DNA from: Candidatus Eremiobacteria bacterium
Lineage (GTDB): Bacteria > Vulcanimicrobiota > Vulcanimicrobiia > Vulcanimicrobiales > Vulcanimicrobiaceae
Direction: 5' to 3'
Assembly: GCA_963737065.1 (NCBI GenBank)
Contig: CAVTRC010000001.1
Span: 544,001-608,000, forward strand
DNA: 64,000 nucleotides
In this document: one piece after another, positions 10,981 to 20,029 of the stretch
Layout of the letters: each line of letters opens with the position of its first letter
Numbering within the stretch: the stretch's first letter is position 1
Position numbers and translations under genes: made by a program
The notes under the pieces: generated by a model
The model's input: the letters and a program-made list of their open reading frames with translations, nothing else
Database searches by the model: none
What the model was told of the DNA's origin: nothing

Positions 10981-12816
10981 CTATGCCGTTACCGCGAGCT
11001 TGCGGTCGAGTTCGAATGCCTCTTCCGGAAGCGTCATCACGTCGCCCGCGCCGTCGATGATCTGCCGTTTGTACCACGCGCCTTGCGTCAGCACGTGCGA
11101 TGCGTAGAATTTCGCGGTCGTGATCTTCGCCGGGTAGAACGGATCGGCGTCGCCCGACGCAATCTTTTCCGCGGCGATTTTCGCGGCGCGCGCCATTTGC
11201 CAGCCGCCCGCGGTTACGCCCCAGAGTTTCAGATACGGAACGGAACACGCAAACGCTTTGCGCAGATCGCCCATCGCGTTCATGCCGATCCATTGCGAAA
11301 CTTCGGCAAGCGTCGCGATCGACTCGAGCAGCGCTTCACCGATCGCTTTCACAGCCTGTCCTGAGCTTGTCGAAGGATCGTGCGCCGCCGTTTCCTTCGC
11401 AAACGTTTCCATCTCTTTGATGAGCGCCGTCGCGGTCGCGCCCATGTCGCGAATCAGCTTGCGGCCGACGAGATCGAGCGCCTGAATACCGGTCGTCCCT
11501 TCGTAGATCGTCGTAATACGCACGTCGCGATACTGCTGCGCAATACCGGTCTCTTCCACGTAGCCCATACCGCCGAAAATTTGCAAGGCGTTTGAAGCGA
11601 GCTCAACGGCCGTTTCCGTGCACCAGCCTTTGACCACCGGAATCATCAGCTCGACGAACGCCTTGTGCCGCTTGCGCACCTTTTCGTCGGGGTGCTTATG
11701 CGAGAGATCGAGCGACGCGGCCGCGTAGTACGCAAGCGCACGCATTGCTTCGAGATTCGCCTTCTGCCACATCAGCATACGGCGCACGTCGGGATGCGCG
11801 ATGATGCGGACCGGCGTCTTGTCGCGCGTCGCCGCATCGGCCATCTGCACGCGCTCCTTCGCGTATTCCAGCGAGTGTTGATACGCACGGTCGGCGACGG
11901 CATAACCCTGGACGCCCACAGAGAATCGCGCGGCGTTCATCATGATGAACATGTACTCGAGGCCGCGATTCGGTTCGCCGACGAGATACCCGACCGCGCC
12001 GTTCCCCTTTTCGCCGAACTTCATCGTACACGTCGGATTCCCGTTGATGCCGAGCTTGTGTTCGATGCCGGCACAAATCACGTCGTTTGCCTCGGTGACC
12101 TTCCCGTTGTCGTCGACGAGCATCTTCGGAACGATGAAGAGCGAGATGCCTTTCACGCCTTCCGGCGCATCGGGAAGACGCGCAAGCACGAGGTGCACGA
12201 TGTTTTCCGCCATGTCGTGCTCTCCGAAGGTAATGAAAATCTTCTCGCCCGTAAGCAGATAGCGATCGCCGTCCGGAACCGCTTTCGTGCGCACTTGCGC
12301 GAGATCGGAACCGGCTTGAGGCTCCGTCAAATTCATGGTCCCCGTCCACTTCCCGGACACGAGATTAGGAATCCACTTGCTCTTCTGCTCGTCGCTTCCG
12401 ACGAGTTCGATCGCTTCGATTGCGCCCTGGTTGAGCAGCGGACCGTTCGCGAAGCCGATGTTGGCGGCATTCCACATTTCGAGCGTTGGACCGAGCAACA
12501 GTTGCGGCAATCCTTGACCGCCGTATTCGGGCGCAACCGGCAGACCGATCCAGCCCGCATCCGCGAACTTTTTATAGGCTTCTTTGAAGCCTTTCGGCGT
12601 CGTCACCTTACCGTCGGCGAACGTACAGCCTTCTTTGTCCGCAACACGATTGAGCGGATCCAAGACGCCGGTTGCAAATGCGCCCGCTTCGTTCAAAATC
12701 GATTCCCATACGTCCGCCGCGTCTTCAAATCCCGGCAGTTTCGCGACTTCATCGATGCCTGCAAGTTCTTTCAAAACGAACTGCATGTCGCGCAACGGCG
12801 CTTGGTACGTGCTCAT
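10981..12816 (-). CDS. Acyl-CoA dehydrogenase
   Basis: GTMNLTEPQAGSD, KIFIT, GGMGY, IYEGTTGIQ. Confidence 0.93.
   Translation of the reverse strand: MSTYQAPLRDMQFVLKELAGIDEVAKLPGFEDAADVWESILNEAGAFATGVLDPLNRVADKEGCTFADGKVTTPKGFKEAYKKFADAGWIGLPVAPEYGGQGLPQLLLGPTLEMWNAANIGFANGPLLNQGAIEAIELVGSDEQKSKWIPNLVSGKWTGTMNLTEPQAGSDLAQVRTKAVPDGDRYLLTGEKIFITFGEHDMAENIVHLVLARLPDAPEGVKGISLFIVPKMLVDDNGKVTEANDVICAGIEHKLGINGNPTCTMKFGEKGNGAVGYLVGEPNRGLEYMFIMMNAARFSVGVQGYAVADRAYQHSLEYAKERVQMADAATRDKTPVRIIAHPDVRRMLMWQKANLEAMRALAYYAAASLDLSHKHPDEKVRKRHKAFVELMIPVVKGWCTETAVELASNALQIFGGMGYVEETGIAQQYRDVRITTIYEGTTGIQALDLVGRKLIRDMGATATALIKEMETFAKETAAHDPSTSSGQAVKAIGEALLESIATLAEVSQWIGMNAMGDLRKAFACSVPYLKLWGVTAGGWQMARAAKIAAEKIASGDADPFYPAKITTAKFYASHVLTQGAWYKRQIIDGAGDVMTLPEEAFELDRKLAVTA
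11351..11380. repeat. REP-like hairpin element inside the acyl-CoA dehydrogenase gene (encodes DPSTSSGQAV)
   Basis: acagcctgtcctgagcttgtcgaaggatcg; second copy of 10422-10451. Confidence 0.75.
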
Positions 12817-13015
12817 GCTTGTGTAGTCTCCTCCGCAGTTCGCTGCGGCATGTACTTGACGTAGAGTTCATCCGTTCGAGCCGCTCGCGTCCGCGTCGGT
12901 GTCGCGGTAGTAGCGTCGCGAGCGGTCGTCCCGCTCGGCAGACGGAAGAGCGGCCCGGCAATGCAGTCGCTATGGCTGACGGGTCCCGGTGCTTTGACGC
13001 TGATCGATGACGACA

Positions 13016-13046
13016 TTATTAAATCTAATAACGTGGCGACATTCAA
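13016..13046 (-). promoter_or_regulatory. Putative sigma70 promoter of the beta-oxidation operon with an overlapping palindromic operator
   Basis: Minus strand TTGAAT-N17-TTTAAT; near-palindrome TTATTAAATCTAATAA at 13016-13031. Confidence 0.45.
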
Positions 13047-13262
13047 GGCCGAGACGCTGAGAAGGGCGATGGAACGGTTTTTCACTAACTCTTCTCGCCC
13101 GTACGGTACCCTCGTCGCATGGCAACGCAGGTCATCGTCGCTTGACGGGACCTGCTATCGCGCTCACACGTGCTGCCATCCTATAGCTATGCTTCGCCCA
13201 TCACCGGAATCGACTTCGCTTTCGACAGGGCCGAGACCACGTGATAGAATCCCGAGGATACC

Positions 13263-13688
13263 ATGAACGCCGTTGAATTTGACGAGAGCAGGCTCTCGAA
13301 AAACCATCGACTCGTCTATGACATCGTCCAGGAGCAAGGAGTTGGACGCCACCTTCCCATGGCCGAATTGTATGAACTCGCACGGACGCGGCGGCCGGGT
13401 ATCGGTTTTACTACCGTATATCGCGCACTAACGCGTCTGCGCGACATGGGACTCGTCGCCGAGATCGCCCTTCCGGGCGCGGACAGCGCGTATTATGAAG
13501 CGGCGGCGCCGCCGCACGCGCATTTCCGTTGCGTGCAATGCGGAACGGTTTCGGACGTTCCGTTCTCTCTGCCGGCGGAAGTGTTCGCCGAAGCGGCACA
13601 GCGTCTCGGCGCGGAAATCACCGGCGGATCGGTCAGTCTCCAAGGCCGGTGCGCGCACTGCGGCAGCATAACGGCTTCTGCGAACTAA
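13263..13688 (+). CDS. Fur family transcriptional regulator
   Basis: IGFTTVYRAL, HAHFRCVQCG, C-terminal CAHC. Confidence 0.9.
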   Translation: MNAVEFDESRLSKNHRLVYDIVQEQGVGRHLPMAELYELARTRRPGIGFTTVYRALTRLRDMGLVAEIALPGADSAYYEAAAPPHAHFRCVQCGTVSDVPFSLPAEVFAEAAQRLGAEITGGSVSLQGRCAHCGSITASAN

Positions 13689-14368
13689 CCTCTCTTCAAT
13701 TTGTAGCCGACGCCGTAAACGGTGAGCACGTACTCAGGTTCTGCGGCGTTCGGCTCAATTTTTCTGCGCAGATTGTTGATGTGACGATCGAGCGTGCGTT
13801 CGAAAATCGAACCCTCGTCGTCGATCTTGTCTAGCAACTGGCTGCGCGTAAATACTTGCCCGGGATTTGCCGCGAGCGCGGTGAGGATGCGAAACTCGGC
13901 GGGCGTCAGCGACACCGGCATTCCGCTGATGCGGACTTCGTGCGCGCCCGGATCGATTTCGAGCGCACCGACGCGTATGTGATCTTCGTCGCCGTGCGTG
14001 CTCGGGGCGAAGGCAGTGCGCCGCAATACCGCGCGTACGCGGGCGACGACTTCGCGGGCGGAAAACGGCTTCGTGATGTAGTCGTCGGCCCCGAGTTCCA
14101 ACCCCACGATACGATCCACCTCTTCGGTGCGCGCGGTCAGCATGATGACCGGAACGCCAAGCTCGGCGAGCGACCGCAGTACGTCTAATCCGTTTCCGTC
14201 CGGAAGCGTGATGTCGAGAATCGCTAAGTCCGGCCGTTCGGATCGAATTTCGCTCAACGCGTCTTTTACCGTCAGTCGCACCAACGGTTCAAACCCCTCG
14301 CGTTGAAGATACGCGTGGAGCACCTCGCCGATATGCGGTTCGTCGTCGACGACTAGAACGCGCTTCAC
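13685..14368 (-). CDS. OmpR/PhoB-family response regulator (no kinase adjacent)
   Basis: VLVVDDE, LDITLP, GADDYITKPF, winged helix TVYGVGY. Confidence 0.93.
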   Translation of the reverse strand: MKRVLVVDDEPHIGEVLHAYLQREGFEPLVRLTVKDALSEIRSERPDLAILDITLPDGNGLDVLRSLAELGVPVIMLTARTEEVDRIVGLELGADDYITKPFSAREVVARVRAVLRRTAFAPSTHGDEDHIRVGALEIDPGAHEVRISGMPVSLTPAEFRILTALAANPGQVFTRSQLLDKIDDEGSIFERTLDRHINNLRRKIEPNAAEPEYVLTVYGVGYKLKRG

Positions 14369-14417
14369 GCGAAAACCTACGCCTTTGCGGGATAGCGCAC
14401 CTTCGCGTGAGTGCGCC

Positions 14418-14480
14418 TGTCGTGACGCAATGATATCGCGATGCACGGCTCCAATTCGTTCGCCACCGCTCTGATTCGTC
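14418..14480 (+). repeat. Left copy of a 63-bp imperfect direct repeat (att-like)
   Basis: 56/63 identical to 15912-15974 by manual alignment. Confidence 0.9.
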
Positions 14481-14495
14481 GGAAACCTGATATGT

Positions 14496-14974
14496 CTATC
14501 CGTTGGCTTTAGCAAGTCGACGCTCGAACTCGGCGAATTCCTGTAGACTTTCCTCGCGAGACGACCACGAGCGTAGGAGATCCAAATTGATGAACCTCAC
14601 GGTTGGCGGCCGCAACGGCGACGGCGGCGTTGAGCGCCGTGTAATCCCCCAATGGTAGAAATGGGCTAAGCGATCGCGCACGCAATCCGCCGGTGAAAGA
14701 ATACGCAGCGTCATGTCGCCCTTCTTCAGTGTTGCCGTCTCATGTATGTAATCGCCACCGACGGCGAGCGGGCCGCGTGGGAAGTCAATCGTATAACTTG
14801 TGTCCGGATGGACAAACATGCGCGATTTTCCATCACGTGTGAACCCAATGGAGCCGAGCGCGTTGGCAATTTCCGTAAGTGGCTCATCCCGTTCAAGAAT
14901 GAAGTCCGCATCGTGTGATGTATAGGCGACACAGCAAAGCAGATATCAGCGAGGCTACTTTGCCGCGAAATCAC
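14496..14974 (-). pseudogene. Degraded nucleotidyltransferase-like protein (putative TA toxin partner)
   Basis: Stitched frames read MISRQSSLADICFAVS / YTSHDADFIL..IDFPRGPLAVG..SPADCVRDRL; DxD motif; frameshifts and an apparent deletion of the GG motif region. Confidence 0.55.
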
Positions 14975-15339
14975 AGTGGCTTACCTCGCCTGCGTGGCCG
15001 CGTTCGACGCGACTCCTTGACGAGACGATATTGCTCGTAACCCTCCGCAAGCCTCAGTAGGAGCGCTCGCAGTTCTCGAAATGCGGGATATTGTGGGTTC
15101 AGGGACACGGTCCGTACCGCAAGTTGCCGCGTGGCTACTAGACCCTCGTTCTCCAGCTTGTCGAGCGTTTTCTGAATTGCCGGAATGGTGGAGCCAAGGT
15201 AGCGGCTTATCTCTGCTGGATAGGTTTGCTCCAGCACGGCGACAAGCATGAGGAGCGCAGTGCGCATTCGAGTGCCGAATAGCGGCGGAGCGGGCAACTC
15301 CCAGGCCTCCTCTTCGTAAAATGGTATATCGACCGGCAT
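14971..15339 (-). CDS. Winged helix-turn-helix protein (putative antitoxin/regulator)
   Basis: LFGTRMRT..YPAEIS..IQKTLDKLENEGLV..LNPQYP; stop overlaps the start of the downstream gene. Confidence 0.7.
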   Translation of the reverse strand: MPVDIPFYEEEAWELPAPPLFGTRMRTALLMLVAVLEQTYPAEISRYLGSTIPAIQKTLDKLENEGLVATRQLAVRTVSLNPQYPAFRELRALLLRLAEGYEQYRLVKESRRTRPRRRGKPL

Positions 15340-15343
15340 AATT

Positions 15344-15374
15344 GGTATTCCTTTTGGAATACCCTACTATACCA
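15344..15374 (-). promoter_or_regulatory. Extended -10 promoter and palindromic operator of the wHTH gene
   Basis: GGTATTCC-tttt-GGAATACC at 15344-15363; minus strand TGgTATAGT at 15374-15366. Confidence 0.6.
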
Positions 15375-15514
15375 CGCGATATACTACAATCTCGCCCTTG
15401 TTCACGAGTCAGCGTAGGGCGTTACCGCGCTCCTCGCAGCGAAACCAATCGCCGAAGAACCTGCACGACTTGGTCCCTACTTGTGATTTGGAGCAGTCGC
15501 AGCAGGCACGCTTT

Positions 15515-15847
15515 TCACGCGCGACGGTAACACGCCGGCGGCGCGGAAGCTTGGGGTGTATCGGTAGCCTTCTTCACGGTGGATGCGTGACCACGCGCTT
15601 CCTGTTCACGAGCCAGCCGATCGCGGCGAAGCAGCACATAGATACGGCGCTGGCCATAGCGAATCGGCGTTGCAGCGATTTCTCGAATACGTGCGCAGAG
15701 AGCGGCATCAATATCACGCTTGACCAACGCATAGCGAGCCACACGATATTTGACGCACAGCACGTTGCATGCGACGCACCACCTTTTGATCACGTCCTGC
15801 AAGACGGTACGATCGAGCGAAAGATCGGCGACGACTTGCAATCGCAA
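15515..15847 (-). mobile_element. IS3-family transposase remnant (orfA end fused to orfB start)
   Basis: VADLSLDRTVLQDVI (orfA C-terminus) and RIREIAAT..RYGQRRIYVLLRR (orfB N-terminus); no DDE domain or termini seen. Confidence 0.75.
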
Positions 15848-15911
15848 GTAGCAATCGTCTTCTCGGATGAGTAACTAACGCGCCCCTGACAGCGCCGAAA
15901 CAGGCTCGCAA

Positions 15912-15974
15912 TGTCGTGACGCAATGATGTTGCGATGCACGACTGCATTTCGCTCGCCACCGCTCTAATTCGTC
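15912..15974 (+). repeat. Right copy of the 63-bp direct repeat; includes the start of the metallopeptidase gene
   Basis: See 14418-14480. Confidence 0.9.
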
Positions 15975-16522
15975 AGGACCGCCCTTTCAGCGTCGCGGCG
16001 ATCGTTCAAACGTTGCAACGGTATGGCAGCGACGCGTTGCAGTTCGCACTCGACCGGGACATTACCGTCGCACCGCTTCGACGCGCCGAACGTTATGCTT
16101 CGGCGTCGGCGGCATTAGCACGGCTCGGCATCGACGTCGACTCGTGGCCGGCGCCCCCGGCCGGGCTCTTTGTCGTCGAAGAACGCACCGTCTATCTGCG
16201 ATCTCGGAGTCCGATGACGATTGCGCATGAGTTTGGTCACGCGCTCGACTGTGCGTTAGGCGGCGGCGTCTATCACTCCGGGATCGATCGGCAAGTAAGG
16301 TCGTTGTTCGCGAATGCGACCACGTTCATTACGCCGTATGCCGCGACTGGAATCGACGAGTATTTTGCCGAAGCGCTGCGTGCGTTTATAGAAGTGAATG
16401 ACGTTACGTCGCACTGGCCGCGCGCCACGAAAGCACGGCTGCGCAAAGTCGATCCGATGCTCTATGCCTATGTCGAAAGACTCTTCACCGTAGCATTCCG
16501 CGCGGGCATAGCGCTCGCGTAG
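15935..16522 (+). CDS. Zinc metallopeptidase, anthrax-lethal-factor/MtfA-like fold
   Basis: HEFGHALD, TPYAAT..EYFAE, L...DP..Y.Y; no signal peptide. Confidence 0.7.
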   Translation: MHDCISLATALIRQDRPFSVAAIVQTLQRYGSDALQFALDRDITVAPLRRAERYASASAALARLGIDVDSWPAPPAGLFVVEERTVYLRSRSPMTIAHEFGHALDCALGGGVYHSGIDRQVRSLFANATTFITPYAATGIDEYFAEALRAFIEVNDVTSHWPRATKARLRKVDPMLYAYVERLFTVAFRAGIALA

Positions 16523-16742
16523 CACGTGGGCACGACGAATACGGTGACGACGATGCATCGTACGTCCGCAAGCACGCCGGATTCTTTTGATTCCACGTAA
16601 CCGCGGATGCGCTTCGCGCGTTTATCTCGATCAGTTTCGTTTCGCGGCATGAGACTATGGCGCGGTAACGAATGTCATCGGGCGCGCAACGAGCGCAGCG
16701 TTGACGCCTCGGTTTTCCACTTCGCTGAATCGGAGGATTACA

Positions 16743-17258
16743 ATGCGGGTTTTATCGTCCATTACCGGTGCACTTTTGGTAGCGGCTCTGCCGGTAATTG
16801 CATTTGCCGCAACGGTAAACGTTGCCGTGGGTACGCAGGTCCAGGTCCGTCTCGTGCGCCAGTTATCGTCGGGAACTGCCGTTGCCGGCCAAAAGTTCGC
16901 ATTCGAGGCGGCGGCACCGGTTGCTATCGGCGGCCACGTGGTGATCTCAAAGGGTGCGCTTGGGTCGGGGCATGTTGTCAAAGCGAGTAAAGCGCAAGGA
17001 AAAAGCGCCGGAGAGATGACGCTCGCGTTTGACACGATTCACGCTGTCGACGGCTCCATGATTTCACTGACGGAAGACAGCAGTGTCCGCGGCAACGCCG
17101 AAAAGGGCAAGGCCTCGACCGCAACGATCGCCGCGACGGTTGCTCTCGGTCCCATTGGACTCTTGGCGCATAACATGGTCAAGGGAAAAGACGTCACCAT
17201 CACGCCTGATAAAACATTCCCCGCTTGGGTCAAGCGTTCGGCATCAGTAAACACATAG
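16743..17258 (+). CDS. Secreted beta-rich hypothetical protein
   Basis: GGAGG RBS, signal peptide ending AFA, GT.V.VRL...LSS pattern. Confidence 0.75.
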   Translation: MRVLSSITGALLVAALPVIAFAATVNVAVGTQVQVRLVRQLSSGTAVAGQKFAFEAAAPVAIGGHVVISKGALGSGHVVKASKAQGKSAGEMTLAFDTIHAVDGSMISLTEDSSVRGNAEKGKASTATIAATVALGPIGLLAHNMVKGKDVTITPDKTFPAWVKRSASVNT

Positions 17259-17292
17259 GCAACCAACGCGGCAGCGTCGTGTATACGAAGCA

Positions 17293-17326
17293 AGGGCCTC
17301 GCGTTCGCGAGGCCCTCTGCGTTTTT
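17293..17326 (+). terminator. Intrinsic terminator
   Basis: agggcctcgcg/cgcgaggccct inverted repeat followed by a T-rich tail. Confidence 0.65.
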
Positions 17327-17464
17327 AAGGGCGTGCGCCGGCGACTCTCACATAGAAGGAGTAGCGCCGCAGCCTCGTCGCCCGCGGCACGCTCGTTTCG
17401 TTAAGCGACCCCAGGTTAGGGCTATCCGCTATTCCGCTATCGCGTCAGGAAGTAGAGGCGATCG

Positions 17465-18121
17465 ATGATCGCGTCCGCGGCCGAGTCTACGTTTACGGCG
17501 TTGTACTCGCTCGCGCGTGACGCGTCCGGTCCGCAACGGAACGCCAGCAACATGTCACCTGACGGTATGCTCTTGGGTCAGCGTAGCTTCCGCGCTATTG
17601 AGCCGCCAGACGTTTCCTACCCGGCTCACGCCGGGAACGTGTCGCTCGCCGGCGCGAACGGCGACCCGCTGCGCCAGCTTCTCGAGGAAATCGTTGAAGA
17701 GTGCGCGGCGATTTTGATTAAGCGTTTGAGTTTCCATTTATTGACCCTCATCACTAACGAACGCTTACATCGTAGCACTGCAGTCGGCCATAGCATTACT
17801 GCGGCTATCCCAAATCTGACAGCAGAGAACCCGGCCTCCTACGCGTGCTCCAGCGTCCAACCCTCGGTTGCGTGGTTCACCGTCATAGCCGGGGAAATAC
17901 GCCGGATTTCGCGCGACGCAAACATCCGCGCACGCGCCGCTTCCGTCATCGTCGAGTCCGTAAGTACCCACTCGAGCCTGCCATGGCCGGCGAGTGAGGC
18001 GCCGCTCGGCGTGCGCGCCTGTCTAGCGCCGCCTGTGCGGGCGACCAAGCTTCGCAACAAGTTCGGCGAGTTTCATACGTTCGACCTCGCGCCGCTGATT
18101 ACGCCAGTCACAGAACGATGA
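17465..18121 (+). CDS. Hypothetical protein
   Basis: 218-aa ORF with GAGG RBS filling the gap; no recognisable motif. Confidence 0.45.
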   Translation: MIASAAESTFTALYSLARDASGPQRNASNMSPDGMLLGQRSFRAIEPPDVSYPAHAGNVSLAGANGDPLRQLLEEIVEECAAILIKRLSFHLLTLITNERLHRSTAVGHSITAAIPNLTAENPASYACSSVQPSVAWFTVIAGEIRRISRDANIRARAASVIVESVSTHSSLPWPASEAPLGVRACLAPPVRATKLRNKFGEFHTFDLAPLITPVTER

Positions 18122-18185
18122 AGATCGACTGCTGTGCGCGGGAAATCGCTTCGCGCTTCGATGCATCGGCACGAATGCGGGGTCT

Positions 18186-18229
18186 AAAAGATAGAAGGCC
18201 GGCCTGCGTACTGGAGCGCAGGCCGGCCT
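18186..18229 (-). terminator. Intrinsic terminator of the second HiPIP gene (possibly bidirectional)
   Basis: 13-bp stem aggccggcctgcg/cgcaggccggcct, followed by tctatctttt on the minus strand. Confidence 0.7.
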
Positions 18230-18250
18230 GATGAGGATAAATGCGTGTCG

Positions 18251-18514
18251 TTACTTCTTCGTCCAGGAGATGCACCAGCCGTTCGGGCTGATTTTGCCGG
18301 TTACAATCGAGCATGCTGATGGGGGTTTAAAAAAGCGGCACTGGGCACACTTTTCGCCGTTCTTACCGGGCTTCTCCTGATATTTGAACTGCTTCTTGTT
18401 GTCCGCCGCAAGAGCCGGCAACGCACCGCCTGCGAGCGCCGCAGCGAGTGCGGGAAGCAGAACGATCTGTTTGAGCGCATCCGCGCGAGTACGATTTCGC
18501 GAATCGTCGTCCAT
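18251..18514 (-). CDS. High-potential iron-sulfur protein (second HiPIP)
   Basis: GGAGG RBS; KQFKYQEKP..CAQC..C..V.G.ISPNGWC. Confidence 0.9.
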   Translation of the reverse strand: MDDDSRNRTRADALKQIVLLPALAAALAGGALPALAADNKKQFKYQEKPGKNGEKCAQCRFFKPPSACSIVTGKISPNGWCISWTKK

Positions 18515-18598
18515 TCGTAGACCTCCGTACCGATACGGTGCGCCGTGTGAAAGCCGTTTTCCCGCAGGCGCTACTGCTACGTCGTTGTAACACCACGC

Positions 18599-19378
18599 AT
18601 GGCAGCTCGCATGCCGGTAATGTTCTTCGGCCATGGCAATCCGCTCAATGCGATCGACGACAACGTCTACACGAGAGAATGGAATGCGATCGGCGTTTCG
18701 CTGCCGCGACCGCGGGCGATCGTCTGCGTCTCGGCGCACTGGTACATCCCAGCGACGCATGTAACCGCGAACGATTATCCCCGAACGATTCACGACTTCG
18801 GCGGCTTCCCACGCGACTTGTATCAGATGCAGTATCCCGCACCCGGCAGCCGCGCACTCGCGGAGGCGGTCGCCGCGATGCTTTCGCCGACGCACGTGCG
18901 CGGCGACGAGTCGTGGGGTTTAGACCACGGAGCATGGGCCGTACTTTGTCATGTCTTTCCGGACGCGTCGATTCCGGTCGTTCAACTCAGCATCGATGAA
19001 ACGAAGCCGCCGCCGTTCCACTACGATATCGGAACGCGCTTGCGCGCGCTTCGCGATGAAGGCGTACTGATCGCGGCAAGCGGAAATATCATTCATAACC
19101 TGCATGCGTACGCGTGGGGCCGGCATCCCGCAAAAGCGTTCGAGTGGGCGCTGCGCTTCGAAACGCAAGCGCGCAAACTGCTCGCCGAGCGGGACTTTAC
19201 GCCGCTAATCGACTACGAAGATATGGGCAAAGACGCGCAACTCGCGGTCCCGACACCGGACCATTATTTACCGTTGCTCTACGCGATGGGAGCCTCCGAC
19301 GACAACGACGGCGTGACGTTTCCCGTTGAAGGTATCGACGGCGGCTCCGTCTCGATGCTCAGCGTCCGCTTCGGCTAA
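18599..19378 (+). CDS. ygiD: 4,5-DOPA extradiol dioxygenase (LigB family)
   Basis: FFGHGNP, SAHW, WGLDHGAW, SGNIIHNL, PTPDHYLPL. Confidence 0.9.
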   Translation: MAARMPVMFFGHGNPLNAIDDNVYTREWNAIGVSLPRPRAIVCVSAHWYIPATHVTANDYPRTIHDFGGFPRDLYQMQYPAPGSRALAEAVAAMLSPTHVRGDESWGLDHGAWAVLCHVFPDASIPVVQLSIDETKPPPFHYDIGTRLRALRDEGVLIAASGNIIHNLHAYAWGRHPAKAFEWALRFETQARKLLAERDFTPLIDYEDMGKDAQLAVPTPDHYLPLLYAMGASDDNDGVTFPVEGIDGGSVSMLSVRFG

Positions 19379-19380
19379 CG

Positions 19381-19911
19381 TTACTTGCTTTCGGCGGCGA
19401 CCTGCGACTCGGTCACGGCGCTCGCGCTATTTCCCCACGACGAACGAACGTACGTAATGACCGCGGCGATATCGCCGTTGGAGAGTTGTTGTCCCCACGC
19501 CGGCATCATGCCGTTGTATGTCGTGCCGTGCACTTGGACTTTGCCGTTCAAGCCGTACTTGACGATATGGATGACCTTCGTTGCATTACCGGTGACAACC
19601 GGGTTCCCCGCAAGCGGCGGGAACGTGCCGGGGACGCCTTGGCCTTTGGCCTGATGGCAGCTCGAGCAATTCGTCTGAAAGACTTTTGCTCCGTCGCTCG
19701 CGGACGCGCCATTCGCAGCGACCGATGCGCCCGCTGCCGGCGATGCAGCGCTGCTCATCGCGTTCTCGCCGGTTGCCGTCTCGGCCGGCGCCGCCGATGC
19801 GCCTTGCTCCGTCGTTGTCGTGGTCGAGGACGATTGCGATCCTTTCGAACATGCGCCGAGCGCCACCAGCGCTGCAAGCGAGAGAATGCCGATCTTGGTG
19901 AAACGCTCCAT
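19381..19911 (-). CDS. Monoheme cytochrome c lipoprotein
   Basis: Lipobox LGAC, Ser/Thr/Ala linker, CSSCH, FPPLAG, YNGMMP. Confidence 0.9.
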   Translation of the reverse strand: MERFTKIGILSLAALVALGACSKGSQSSSTTTTTEQGASAAPAETATGENAMSSAASPAAGASVAANGASASDGAKVFQTNCSSCHQAKGQGVPGTFPPLAGNPVVTGNATKVIHIVKYGLNGKVQVHGTTYNGMMPAWGQQLSNGDIAAVITYVRSSWGNSASAVTESQVAAESK

Positions 19912-20029
19912 GAACGTCGATGCCCCTTTCACTCCAAACAATATTCAGCGTGGTTGCGTTAGCGCCACGATTTCTGCACTCCTCGTGTACGGCCCGCGCG
20001 GTCGAGCGCGACATCGTCGTCCGGGGGCG

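Noticed and set aside
11665..12864. Long antisense ORFs (also 39666-40721, 42081-43262, 49654-50727)
   Set aside because: Typical stop-poor antisense frames of GC-rich genes
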